64,000 bases of DNA from Planctomycetota bacterium (GTDB taxonomy: Bacteria; Planctomycetota; UBA1135; UBA2386). The stretch is taken from positions 3,104,001 through 3,168,000 of the forward strand of contig OZ245006.1 in NCBI GenBank assembly GCA_965223545.1. The letters are read 5' to 3'. Each line of letters begins with the position of its first letter. Within the stretch, counting starts at the first letter, position 1. Under the pieces are notes generated by a model, which made no database searches, was not told the DNA's origin, and saw nothing but the letters and a program-made list of their open reading frames with translations. The position numbers and the translations under genes were made by a program. Of the stretch, positions 46,670 through 56,573 are shown one piece after another.

Positions 46670-48475
46670 TCAGTCGGCGGCGGAGAGCGGGGCCGTATCC
46701 GGGACCCGGCAAGGCAGCCGCATCGCGAACACCGATCCCCCCCCTTCGCGCTGTTCTGCCCACAGCTCACCGCCGTGCAACGCGACGAGCTCTCGTGAGA
46801 TCGCGAGCCCCAGGCCGGTGCCACCGGCGCCGGTGTCGGTCTTGCTCGACTGTGCAAACCGGTCGAAGACGTGCTCCAGCTCGCCGTCGGGAATACCGAC
46901 GCCACGGTCGAGAACGCGCACGGTCACCGACTCGCCGTCTGTCGTCGCTTCGATCTCCACCACCGCACCATCGGGAGAGAACTTCAACGCGTTGCCGAGC
47001 AAGTTGCGCACGACTTGCAGAATGCGGGCTTCGTCGACGTGTGCGTGCATGAGCTCGGGGGCGCGCAGCTCGAGGCTCTGCCCCCTGGCCTCGGCCGCGG
47101 CCGCCATCTCGCGCGTCGCCACTCCCAGCACCGCGGACAGATCGACGTCGCCAGGCTCGATGGCGGTCTTGCCGGCGTCGAGCCGCGAGAGATCGAGCAG
47201 TGCATTGAGCAGATGCATCAATCGGTCCGCCGATTCGTGGATCTGTGCAAAGTACGCGACCAGCTTGGCCCGCTCGGCCGAGTCGCCACGCCGCACGCCG
47301 AACGTCGAGAAGCTCAAGATCGCATGCATCGGCGTGCGGAGCTCGTGTGACATGTTGGCCAAGAACTCGCTCTTGGCGGCATTGTCGGCCTGGGCACGAT
47401 CGCGTGCCTGCCGCATCTCTTCGATGCGGCGGGCGCCCTTCTCCATCTCGACCAACCGGGCCTGATGGGCGACGTCGTCGAGCAGCTCGTAGATCCTGCC
47501 CGCCATTCGGTTGAACGAAGAGGCCAGGGTCTGCATCTCGTGGGCCCCGGAGACGTGGGCGTCGATCTCCAGGTTGCCCTCCGCCAGCTCGCTCGCCGCC
47601 TCGGTCAAATCACGCAACGGCGTCACGATGCGCGTTGCGACGTATCGCGCGACGAGCAAGGAGACGAGGGCCGCGAGGGCCGCGCCCGCCGCGATCAACC
47701 AGAGCAGGTCCTCGTGCAGGGCGGCAGCTCCGACCGACGAGCGCACCAGCACGATGCGCAAGTCTCCGGACATGTCTGCCCAGCCCGCGACACAGGGCTC
47801 GGCGCCGACCCGCAAGGGCACCGGCTCCCCTGCTGGGCGATGCAGCACCTCGTCCGCCAGCACCTTCGCGACATCCCGCCATTCTTGCTCGACGCTCGAC
47901 TCTTTGACGCCGTGCGGGGTCACCAGGAAGGCATCCGCGCCGGTGACGCCGGCGACCTGCTCGAGATACTCCTCGCCGATGGCCTCGCCGAGAACGACGT
48001 GGCCGATGACCATGTTGCCGATCGTGACCTCGCCGCGCGCCACCGTGTAGCACACGCCGCTCAGGTCGATCACGTTGGCGACGGCGGCATAAGGCCAACC
48101 CGGCGACAGCTCTCGCCGGCTGGAACCGATCACCGTATCGTCCGCGTCGAGCAAGAGACAGATGTCCGCGTCGACCAGCGCCGCCGCATCTCGGGCGGCA
48201 AAGCTCGCGGTCTCGTCGTCCAGCCCCTCGATGTTGAGAGTCGCCCGCAGTCGCGGCATCGAGGCGACCGATGTCACCGCGCGGGCCAGTGACGCCGACG
48301 TCAGCTCCTCGAACTTGGCAAAGTTGCGCAGGCTGATCGCGAGTTGGTCGCGAAGGCTGCGCTGCAAGAAGCCGTCGGTCAGCGACAGGGCCCCGCCGAC
48401 GCCGATCAGGATCAGTCCCGCGGCCAATCCCCACGTCGTGACCAGCAGCTGTCCCCGGACCGTGCGCAGCACCAT
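46670..48475 (-). CDS. Membrane sensor histidine kinase (periplasmic domain, HAMP, HisKA, HATPase)
   Basis: Two TM helices; PLRDL..EMQTLASSFNRM (HAMP); ANMSHELRTP, NALKF and GGTGLGL. Confidence 0.93.
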   Translation of the reverse strand: MVLRTVRGQLLVTTWGLAAGLILIGVGGALSLTDGFLQRSLRDQLAISLRNFAKFEELTSASLARAVTSVASMPRLRATLNIEGLDDETASFAARDAAALVDADICLLLDADDTVIGSSRRELSPGWPYAAVANVIDLSGVCYTVARGEVTIGNMVIGHVVLGEAIGEEYLEQVAGVTGADAFLVTPHGVKESSVEQEWRDVAKVLADEVLHRPAGEPVPLRVGAEPCVAGWADMSGDLRIVLVRSSVGAAALHEDLLWLIAAGAALAALVSLLVARYVATRIVTPLRDLTEAASELAEGNLEIDAHVSGAHEMQTLASSFNRMAGRIYELLDDVAHQARLVEMEKGARRIEEMRQARDRAQADNAAKSEFLANMSHELRTPMHAILSFSTFGVRRGDSAERAKLVAYFAQIHESADRLMHLLNALLDLSRLDAGKTAIEPGDVDLSAVLGVATREMAAAAEARGQSLELRAPELMHAHVDEARILQVVRNLLGNALKFSPDGAVVEIEATTDGESVTVRVLDRGVGIPDGELEHVFDRFAQSSKTDTGAGGTGLGLAISRELVALHGGELWAEQREGGGSVFAMRLPCRVPDTAPLSAAD

Positions 48476-48539
48476 CAGCTCAGCGCGGCCGGGACCGCCT
48501 CGAGGTTGTCGTAAGTCGGAAGCTCATGGCCTCGAAGAC

Positions 48540-49559
48540 TCAGTACTTCGACCGGTACGGCCGCCCGAACTTGTTCAGGTGCGACGCTTCCTGGCGCGTT
48601 TCCAAGAGCTCCATGTCCAGCCGCGCGGCGGGTTCGACACCGAGCTCCACGTCGTACACCGCGACCGCGCCCAGTGGCGACCAAGTGCGCAGCTTGCACG
48701 GATCGGCGGGCACTCCACTCAAGACGTAGAACCCGTCGGCGTCGGTCACCGCGAACACCGAGTTCTGCAGCACGAGGACGGAGCTCGACATGTCGGCGTG
48801 CAGATTGCAGAACACACGCACCAAGCCGGTCTCCTCGAACAAGACCTGCCGGGAACGGCCACCGCCGTAGACGCCCAAGTCGAACGGTTTCGCCTTCGAC
48901 AACGAGAACACGTTGTGGAACACGCGATCGTTGTTCGGGAACCCCACCGTAGTGCCGACGACAACCGGCAAGACCGTTGGCGAGAAGCGCATCTGCGCCT
49001 GGGTCACCACCGGCATCTCGACTTCGAAGTCGGGCCACGCCGGCTCCGGCGCTTGGTCGACGAACACCACGACATCCGCCGAGGATGCGCGAGGTTCACC
49101 GCCACGGTCGATGAGACGCACGACTCCCCAAGCGGTGCGGCCGATGGCCGGGTAGCCGGACAAGTCCTCGAGTGGCCTGGTCTTGACGTGGCAGGCGATG
49201 CAAGCCCGGCGCAACGCCCGGGCCGCGCTGCCCGCCGCCGGCAGCTCACCGCGCTCGAGCGCGGTCTCGGCCTGGGTAGACAACCCCGCCAGCATCGCTG
49301 CATAGCGATGCCGCAGGTCTTCGTTCTGGTGGGCGCCCGGGACATCGCTGCCGGCCAGCCGATGCGCAAGCGCTCGCAGCCGTTGCGATGCGTCCCGGGC
49401 AACCCCGACGCGCTGCTTCTCGAGCCCTGCCTCCATGCGACGCAGCTCTTGCGCCAGGTCTTTCATCACGACCCGGACCGGCTCGACGACGGTCTCCGCC
49501 GCTTCCGCAGCGCCTCCCTGGACCGCGGCGAGCAGAATGACGATGGCGATCGAACTCAT
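48540..49559 (-). CDS. Secreted cytochrome c'-like (class II) domain fused to a cupredoxin-like domain
   Basis: Signal peptide; helical domain ending in CIACH; then FSPTVLPV..GTTVGFPNND..HNVFS..CNLHADM. Confidence 0.78.
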   Translation of the reverse strand: MSSIAIVILLAAVQGGAAEAAETVVEPVRVVMKDLAQELRRMEAGLEKQRVGVARDASQRLRALAHRLAGSDVPGAHQNEDLRHRYAAMLAGLSTQAETALERGELPAAGSAARALRRACIACHVKTRPLEDLSGYPAIGRTAWGVVRLIDRGGEPRASSADVVVFVDQAPEPAWPDFEVEMPVVTQAQMRFSPTVLPVVVGTTVGFPNNDRVFHNVFSLSKAKPFDLGVYGGGRSRQVLFEETGLVRVFCNLHADMSSSVLVLQNSVFAVTDADGFYVLSGVPADPCKLRTWSPLGAVAVYDVELGVEPAARLDMELLETRQEASHLNKFGRPYRSKY

Positions 49560-49564
49560 CGAGA

Positions 49565-50824
49565 TCAGAACCGCAGCGCCAACTCGGCGCCGAAGTAGAA
49601 GCGACTCTCCCCGTTCGCCGAGAACGGCGAGGCATCGATCAACCAAAACCGGTCGCGCCCGACCTCGAGCTTTACCGTGGTCATGGCGTTGGGCCGGTAG
49701 CCAACGCCGGCCGCGATGCGCTGCAGGCGCTTGGCGTCGTAGCCGAACGCGCTGTTGCCGCCCGCGATGATCTTGCCGTCCATGTGGTACCCCTTGGTGT
49801 CCGAGTAGGTGCCGAACTCACTGATCCGCGCCCCGACGTAGGCGCGCTCAGTCAGATCGACCTGCCCCTCGAACATGCCCCACATGAGGTCGCGATCGAA
49901 CCCGGGCGTGTCGTCGGACTGATGGGCTTGACCAAACGAGGCGGACACCTGCGCCGCTTCGCCGACCTGGAGGATCGCGTTCACTTCGTAGAGCGCAGCG
50001 TCGACGCGCGCACTCGGGCTGGTGCCCGCGGCCGACGGCCGGCCAGCGCCGATCGGCTGGAAGTGGCTGCCGCCGAACTCGAATGCGCTCTTCCCCGCCA
50101 ACCCGTTGACCATGCCGCTGGCGCTGACGTACAGCGCATCGGTCACGTCGGTGGACAGCTTGACGTTGAACGCCTTCGAGCTGCCGTCTTCTTCGCTGCG
50201 CTCGTCATTGCCGTCGGTCACCGAGAAGATCCAGTTGACGCCGCGCGCGGTCCCGTACAGCAAGAGCCCCTCATCGAAGCCATAGGGGTACGCCGCGCTC
50301 TGCGTGATCAACGGGTTGTCGATGGCGTCCTGCCACAGGTACTCCTCGCCGAACGGAATGTCGATGCGCCCGACCTTGATGCCAAGCGCGCCGTCGCCCC
50401 ACCGGTCGCTCAGGACGTTGGTGAAGTGCGCGTAGACCTCGCCGGTGCGCACGAACAAGGAGTCGTCCTTGCCCAGCCGATTGGTCTGCACCTCGACGAA
50501 GAAACCGACGTCACTCCACACCTCGGCTTCGACGAACAGCGATGCCTCCTTGACCATGAAGCCGCCCTCGGGCCGCGTGCCGGCGTTGCCGGTGTCCAAG
50601 AACGCAACGGCTCCGAACCCCGACAGGTGGAAGTTCTCGAACCACTGCCGCCCGAGCCGCGCCGCTCCTTCCTGCGAGGGGCCGGCCTGCTGGATACTGC
50701 CGAGCGAATCCTCGCTCAGATCCACCGCCAATCCATCGCTCTGTGCCGATGCAGGTACCGACAGCGAGGCCCCGACCAACACCGACGCCACCGCCCACCA
50801 CGGGCGAACCAAGACTCCGGCCAA
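49565..50824 (-). CDS. Outer-membrane beta-barrel (porin-like)
   Basis: Signal peptide, amphipathic strands, VGRIDIPFG and C-terminal YFGAELALRF. TTG start follows AGGAG. Confidence 0.8.
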   Translation of the reverse strand: MAGVLVRPWWAVASVLVGASLSVPASAQSDGLAVDLSEDSLGSIQQAGPSQEGAARLGRQWFENFHLSGFGAVAFLDTGNAGTRPEGGFMVKEASLFVEAEVWSDVGFFVEVQTNRLGKDDSLFVRTGEVYAHFTNVLSDRWGDGALGIKVGRIDIPFGEEYLWQDAIDNPLITQSAAYPYGFDEGLLLYGTARGVNWIFSVTDGNDERSEEDGSSKAFNVKLSTDVTDALYVSASGMVNGLAGKSAFEFGGSHFQPIGAGRPSAAGTSPSARVDAALYEVNAILQVGEAAQVSASFGQAHQSDDTPGFDRDLMWGMFEGQVDLTERAYVGARISEFGTYSDTKGYHMDGKIIAGGNSAFGYDAKRLQRIAAGVGYRPNAMTTVKLEVGRDRFWLIDASPFSANGESRFYFGAELALRF

Positions 50825-50874
50825 TGTCTCTCTCCTTGCCTGCTGCCGAGCAGCACACCGGTAGGGCGTGCCCG

Positions 50875-50909
50875 TAAAGCCTCTCGACCTCCCGCACCAC
50901 GGGGCTTTA
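50875..50909. promoter_or_regulatory. Inverted repeat TAAAGCC-N21-GGCTTTA; includes minus-strand TAAAG-N17-TCGAGA (sigma28-like) upstream of the porin
   Basis: Read directly in the porin/mddA divergent intergenic region. Confidence 0.35.
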
Positions 50910-51015
50910 GCGCGGCAGGCAGCCGATCCTGAGAGCACTTTCTTGGCTCCTTTCCGGAGCCGCCGCCGAAAAAGTATGGCCGGCGCCGGCGCCACCCCGC
51001 GCATCCAGTGGAGCC

Positions 51016-51783
51016 ATGAAGAAGCTCGCCATTCTCGTGTACGGCGTCGTCGGCTACGCCGTGTTCTTCAGCACGTTCCTGTACCTGATCGGCTTCGTCG
51101 CCGGCGCGGTGGTACCGCGCACCATCGACTCGGGCCCGCTCGCGACCACGCCACTCGACTGGATCCTCAACATCGGCTTTTTGGTGCTGTTCGGCGTGCA
51201 GCACACGATCATGGCGCGGCACCGGTTCAAGGCCTGGTGGACCCGGATCATCCCGGCGGCCGCCGAGCGCACGACGTTCGTGTTGGTCACCTGCGCCATC
51301 CTCGGTCTCATGTTCTGGCAGTGGCGCGCGCTCCCCGGCGTCGTCTGGAGCGTGCAGACCGAGTGGCTCCGCTACGCCATCTACGCGGCCGCGGCAGCGG
51401 GCTGGGCCATCGTGCTGGTCGCCAGCTTCCAGATCGATCACTTCGAACTGTTCGGGCTGCGTCAGACCTGGCTCGCATTCCGCGGCCGCGAAGATGCTCC
51501 ACCGCAGTTCCAGACGCGCGGCTTCTACCGCATCGTGCGACACCCGCTGATGCTCGGCTTCTTGCTGGCGATGTGGAGCGCTCCGGACATGAGCGTCGGC
51601 CACTTGCTGTTCGCCGGGGTCATGTCGCTCTACATCCTCGTGGGCGTGACGATCGAGGAGCGCAGCCTGCTCGCCGTGCACCCGACCGAGTACGCGACCT
51701 ACCGCAGCACGACGCGCAGTCTGATCCCACTGCCCATGCCACGGCGCAGTTCCCCGCGCACACCGGCCGCGCTGCCACAGTGA
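51016..51783 (+). CDS. mddA: Methanethiol S-methyltransferase (ICMT/NnrU-like membrane methyltransferase)
   Basis: YG..Y..F..FLY.IGFV, LFGVQHTIMAR, ERTTFV, IDHFELFGLRQ, YRIVRHP and EERSL. Confidence 0.8.
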   Translation: MKKLAILVYGVVGYAVFFSTFLYLIGFVAGAVVPRTIDSGPLATTPLDWILNIGFLVLFGVQHTIMARHRFKAWWTRIIPAAAERTTFVLVTCAILGLMFWQWRALPGVVWSVQTEWLRYAIYAAAAAGWAIVLVASFQIDHFELFGLRQTWLAFRGREDAPPQFQTRGFYRIVRHPLMLGFLLAMWSAPDMSVGHLLFAGVMSLYILVGVTIEERSLLAVHPTEYATYRSTTRSLIPLPMPRRSSPRTPAALPQ

Positions 51784-51879
51784 GCGCCGCCGGCCCGGCC
51801 GCGTGGAGGGGCGGCCGAGGCCAGCCTGAGCAAAGGACGTGCTCTTGTGGTAGCCTGGGGGGTCGCCCCCGAGGTGCCT

Positions 51880-52368
51880 ATGCAAGAAAGAGCAGGAATC
51901 GTCGCCCGCGACATGATGGCGCCGGATCTCAAGACCGCCAAGGCGACGCACCGGGTGCGGGACGCAGTCCGCACCATGCTCAAGTTCGGCATCTCCGGCA
52001 TGCCCGTGGTCGACGACGACCAACGCTTGATCGGCATGCTGACGCAGCGAGACTGCATCCGCGCCTTGATCCGCGCCGTCGAGGAGGGCTTGCCGGGGTC
52101 GATCGTCGAAGACGTCATGACCAAGGGGGACCTGCTGACAGTGACCCCCGACACCCACCTGCTCGGCATCGCGCACCTGTTCTTGACCAATCCGATCCGC
52201 TTCTTGCCGGTGATCGAGAACGACCGACTGATCGGCCAGGTCACCCGTCGCGATCTGCTGCGCTCGGTCCTCGGCGTGTTCGACAAGGCGCCGGACCGAG
52301 AGACCGCGGTGCTCTACTTGAGCGCGGTCGAATCGTCACACACCCACGTGATCCGCGCGCCGCGCTGA
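51880..52368 (+). CDS. CBS-domain pair protein
   Basis: ISGMPVVD..LIGML and FLPVIE..LIGQVTRRD; GAGG RBS. Confidence 0.9.
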   Translation: MQERAGIVARDMMAPDLKTAKATHRVRDAVRTMLKFGISGMPVVDDDQRLIGMLTQRDCIRALIRAVEEGLPGSIVEDVMTKGDLLTVTPDTHLLGIAHLFLTNPIRFLPVIENDRLIGQVTRRDLLRSVLGVFDKAPDRETAVLYLSAVESSHTHVIRAPR

Positions 52369-55300
52369 TCAGTTCCAGCTGATCCGCAACACCGGCGCGG
52401 CCACGGGGTTGCCCTCGTAGGCCTCGGCCGTGCGCTCGCCGGTCCCCGAGAAGATCAGCATCACGTGCTGTCCGGCGTTCCACCCCGGGCGATCGATCAC
52501 CTCCTGGAGCACGGCGGCCAGGTCGGGAGTCTGCTGCTCGCTACCCGCCGCGCCCACGACACTCCAGGGCGCTGGCGCCCAGCTGGCGGACTGGGCCGTC
52601 GTAACCCGGGTCGCGAGCTGGGCCATCCCCACCGACTGGGCGTCGTCCTCGGCGGCGGCGTGGATCAGGATCTGCGCGGGGCCGGTGTCGATCTCGTCCA
52701 CCGTGAACTGCACGGTCGCGTCCTGCAGAACGGCTCCGGCCGGCACGTCGACCGAGAAGCGCAGACCGACGAGCTGCGGCAGCGTACCGTCCACTCCCAG
52801 CTCGAGATCGCTGCTGTTGTAGTAGATCGACCGCGCACCGATGCGCTGCTCTGCGTCCTCGGCACCGTTGGTGATCTGCACGCTGACCGCGCCCGGACCC
52901 GACGTCGTGGTCACCGTCACATCGTCGGACACGGTGTAGCCGCGATCGCTCACCGTCAGCCGCAGCAGATGCACGCCATCGGAATCGAACGTCACCGCGG
53001 TCTGCGGATCGCTCGGATCGATGAACGACGCGCTCCCGGGTCCGCTGATGTGTGCCCAACCGACCGTTGCCGCCACCGTCGCGCCTGCGATCGTGCCAAC
53101 GAGCGGCACCGGCACCATCGTGTTTGCCGTCTGGTCCGGGCCCGCGTCCACCGTCGGCGGCTGATCGGCGATCAAGTACCCGACCGTCAACAGCGGCGCC
53201 TGGCTGGGGTTTCCATCGAACGCCTCGGCGGTGCGCGTGCCGGTGCCCTCGATCAAGAAGAGGATGTGGTTGCCGGGCTGCCACCCCGGCCGATCGACGA
53301 TCTCCTGCACGACCGCACTGAGATCCGGCGTGCGCTGGTCCGGCGTCGCGAACCCGATCTTGCCCCAGTACGCCGGCGACCACGGCACCGAGGCCGACGT
53401 CCGCGCGCGCGCACTCAGGTTCTGGGCCTTGCCGGTGATGACCGCGGCATCGTCGGTGGCCTCGGCGTAGATGTGCACGTCGCACGCGCCGGACTTCAGC
53501 TCATCCGTCGTGAACTGCAGCCGCGCGTCCTCGATCGCCGCTCCCGCGGGCACGTCCAACGTGAACCGCAAGCCCAAGAGCTGGGTGCGGCTGCCATCGA
53601 CGCACAGCTCCAGATCGGAGCTGCCGAGGCTGACGTCCGGTGTCCCCAAGTGCTCCTCGGCATCGTCGGCGCTCGCCGCGATGCGTTGTACGGCCAGTCC
53701 GCTCGGGATCGGCCCCGCCGCCACCGTGTGCCCGCCGAGTTGGACCTCCGCCAGACTGAGCGGATCGGTCCCCGCGAGCTGCACGCGCAGATAGCGCCCC
53801 GCCGCTTGCAGGTCGACGAACTCCTCACGCCCCGCGCTGCCGGGGAAGTGGCCCGACACCACGCCCGGCTGGGCGAGGGCGGCGCCCAGCGACGCGGATG
53901 CGAACGGCGATGGGGACAGCAGCACGTGGAAGTCCGAGAGCCGGCTCGAACAGCAGTCGGTGCGGTTCCACAGCCTCGCCCGGTCGATCGCGAAGGCGGT
54001 GCCGAGGTCGACCTCCCAGTACGGCTCGAGCTCGGTCGCCGTGTGGGTCACCGAGGCGTTGGCAAAGACCCCGTCGATGTTGCCGTCGACCGCCAGGTCG
54101 GCCGGCGCCGAATAGGCGGTCGATGACTGCGCCACACTTCCCGACACGGCCGACGGATCCATCCCCGCGATCCATGCACGCACCAACGCAACCGCGCCGG
54201 CATCGATGACGGCGCGCCCCAATGGCGGCATCGCGCAGCAGCCACTCCGGCTGTTGATCCGCTGATACAAGATCGACCGCCCCAGATCACCGGGTACCAC
54301 GACCCGAGCGCCGGCGATGCCCAAATCGTCCGACACCGCTCCGTCGACCACACCTTGGAACGGCAACGCTCGGCTCGCGCGCAGGTCCAGGCTGTTGCGA
54401 CCAGAGCCCGCCCGGTGGCACTGGGCGCAGTTGGCATCGAGATACGAGCGCACGCGATCCTCCAGCGCGGCGTTCGAGTCGTCGACCGGAGTGTTGCGCG
54501 GAAGGTCCGCGATCTCCGGCTCGGCGATCGGCGGCGAGAAGAAGCCGAGCGCGTTGAGAGTGCGCAGCTGGTTGTCGGTGACGCCGGACGGGTAGGAGAA
54601 CGCGCGGTTGAGCTGCCGGGTGTTGATCCCGGCGACGAAGCCGGCCTGTGGGTTGTGGCATTGCTGGCAGTCGGCCCGACTCGGGTAGTAGTAGGACACC
54701 GGCTGGCCATCGATGACGACGTTCTCCTGCAGGCTCGTCAGCAGCAGGTCTGCGTCGGTGCCCGCCGCGTTCCACTTGTAGGTGACGCCATACCAAGCGT
54801 CCTGACCGTGGACCAACAGCCGCGTCTCCAACCGCCGGCGGTCCGGCGTCTCGAAGTGCTTGACCATGACCGTCCCGACCGGGAACCCGAAGGGATCTTC
54901 CTCATGGAAGGTGATCTGCTCGGCAGAGTTGTCGGGCGTGCCGTCGTTGGGGATCGCCAGCCACCGCTGCTTGACCAGACCATCGCTCCAGAGCTCGGTA
55001 TTGACCTCGTACGGGATCAGCCCGGCGGCGGGCACCAGGCCCGTGACGTCGCTGAACGCTCCGGTCTGCGACAGCAGCGCAGGGGCCTCGGGATAACCGC
55101 CGCCCTGGCGGTCGAGCAGGTAGATCGGCACATCCGCGCCGAGGCCGCAGGCGTAGACCTCGCCGGCGTGGTCTTGACCGAAGGTCGCCAGGTCACCGGG
55201 CCCGAACTGCAGCAGCGTTTGCTTGATCGCCGTCTGTCCGCCGGGATCCAGCGTGAGCGCCCAGACGTTGTCGCGGCTGTAGTCGCCACAGATGTACTGA

Positions 55301-56451
55301 CCGACCAGCCCCGGGTGCAGGCGCCCGCGATAGACGTAGCCGCCGATGATCGCCCGCGCCTCGGTGCGATCGAAGTCGATCACCGGTGGTTGATCGGTAC
55401 CGATCAAAGGGCTGGGCTTCGCGTATCGGAACGGGACCGTGCCCTCCATGTACGGCCACTGGTAGTTCATGCCCCGCCGAATGAGGTTGACCTCTTCCTT
55501 CGTCCCTTGGCCGATCTCCGCTTCCCAGATGTTGCCAGTCGCGGAGTCGATCGTCATGCGGTGCGGGTTGCGGTGCCCGATGGACCAGAACTCCTCGAAC
55601 ACGGCGCCGCCGCCGTCCAAGAACGGGTTGTCGCTCGGGATGAAGTAGCCGTTGCCGCTGGTCTCGTCGCTGTTGCCGGCGTGCACCCCCATGCGCCGGC
55701 GTGGAGGATGACTGACCGTTCCGCCGCGCTGATCGACATCGATGCGAATGACGCCGCCTTCGAAGTTGTCGCTGATGTCCTGCGCCGTCGTGTAGCGGAA
55801 CTGGTCGCCGATCGACAGGTACAAGAAGCCGTCATCGCCGAACAGCAACCCACCGCCGCGGTGTGAGCCGTTGTACAGCCGTACGTTGAACAGCACCTGC
55901 TCGGAGTTGGGATCGGCGACGCTCGAGCCGTCCGGTTTCGTGAACCGCGACAGCCGCAGGTAGCAGTTGAAGAACCCGCTGGTCGACGCGGTCGGGTAGC
56001 TCGCGCCAGGCGCCCGCGCGGTGTAGTACACGAAGAACGAGCCGCGGTTCGGCGAGCTGGCATCGCCCCAGTCCGGATGGAACGCGTGTCCGAGGAAGCC
56101 GCCGTCCCACACCACCGCGGTGCGGTCTTTGATGTCGAGAAACAGCTGCTTGACGGTGGCCAACCGGTTGTTGTCGAAGCGCTCGATGATCCCGTCCCGC
56201 GAGCCGACGAACAGCTGGTTCGTGCCGGGCTCGGGCGTGAACGTCAGCGGGTCGCGGAACCGGAGGTTGGGAAACGCGTCGGTCCACGCCAACGGGCCCG
56301 AGGCCGACCCCGGAGTGCCCGCTGGCATCCTCCCGTTGAGGAAGACGCCGATCGGCTGCGCTGAGGTCATCCCGTAGGGTTGCGCCGCGGCTGGCACCGC
56401 GACGACGGAGAGCACCGCCAAGGCGGCGGCGACGAGGGCGAAGTGGGGCAT
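52369..56451 (-). CDS. Large secreted PQQ-dependent sugar dehydrogenase (GSDH) + diheme cytochrome c + F5/8-fucolectin + PKD-like + duplicated beta-sandwich
   Basis: HRGGGL.FG.DG.LY..GD and GHRNP; CQQCH and CAQCH..MPP; AVDGN..THT..PYWEVDLG..WNRTDCC; VDAGPDQ; two copies of SSDLEL..GLRF..TPDL..QE..DRPGW. Confidence 0.88.
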   Translation of the reverse strand: MPHFALVAAALAVLSVVAVPAAAQPYGMTSAQPIGVFLNGRMPAGTPGSASGPLAWTDAFPNLRFRDPLTFTPEPGTNQLFVGSRDGIIERFDNNRLATVKQLFLDIKDRTAVVWDGGFLGHAFHPDWGDASSPNRGSFFVYYTARAPGASYPTASTSGFFNCYLRLSRFTKPDGSSVADPNSEQVLFNVRLYNGSHRGGGLLFGDDGFLYLSIGDQFRYTTAQDISDNFEGGVIRIDVDQRGGTVSHPPRRRMGVHAGNSDETSGNGYFIPSDNPFLDGGGAVFEEFWSIGHRNPHRMTIDSATGNIWEAEIGQGTKEEVNLIRRGMNYQWPYMEGTVPFRYAKPSPLIGTDQPPVIDFDRTEARAIIGGYVYRGRLHPGLVGQYICGDYSRDNVWALTLDPGGQTAIKQTLLQFGPGDLATFGQDHAGEVYACGLGADVPIYLLDRQGGGYPEAPALLSQTGAFSDVTGLVPAAGLIPYEVNTELWSDGLVKQRWLAIPNDGTPDNSAEQITFHEEDPFGFPVGTVMVKHFETPDRRRLETRLLVHGQDAWYGVTYKWNAAGTDADLLLTSLQENVVIDGQPVSYYYPSRADCQQCHNPQAGFVAGINTRQLNRAFSYPSGVTDNQLRTLNALGFFSPPIAEPEIADLPRNTPVDDSNAALEDRVRSYLDANCAQCHRAGSGRNSLDLRASRALPFQGVVDGAVSDDLGIAGARVVVPGDLGRSILYQRINSRSGCCAMPPLGRAVIDAGAVALVRAWIAGMDPSAVSGSVAQSSTAYSAPADLAVDGNIDGVFANASVTHTATELEPYWEVDLGTAFAIDRARLWNRTDCCSSRLSDFHVLLSPSPFASASLGAALAQPGVVSGHFPGSAGREEFVDLQAAGRYLRVQLAGTDPLSLAEVQLGGHTVAAGPIPSGLAVQRIAASADDAEEHLGTPDVSLGSSDLELCVDGSRTQLLGLRFTLDVPAGAAIEDARLQFTTDELKSGACDVHIYAEATDDAAVITGKAQNLSARARTSASVPWSPAYWGKIGFATPDQRTPDLSAVVQEIVDRPGWQPGNHILFLIEGTGTRTAEAFDGNPSQAPLLTVGYLIADQPPTVDAGPDQTANTMVPVPLVGTIAGATVAATVGWAHISGPGSASFIDPSDPQTAVTFDSDGVHLLRLTVSDRGYTVSDDVTVTTTSGPGAVSVQITNGAEDAEQRIGARSIYYNSSDLELGVDGTLPQLVGLRFSVDVPAGAVLQDATVQFTVDEIDTGPAQILIHAAAEDDAQSVGMAQLATRVTTAQSASWAPAPWSVVGAAGSEQQTPDLAAVLQEVIDRPGWNAGQHVMLIFSGTGERTAEAYEGNPVAAPVLRISWN

Positions 56452-56573
56452 ACGGCAAACCAGGCGGGAGCGAGCCGCATCCGAGTCTGACCATCGCGCG
56501 TGTCCTGTCAACGACGCCGGCGCGGAGCCGCTGCAGTGGCAGCGGCCAGGCCGCCGATACCATCGGCATCACG

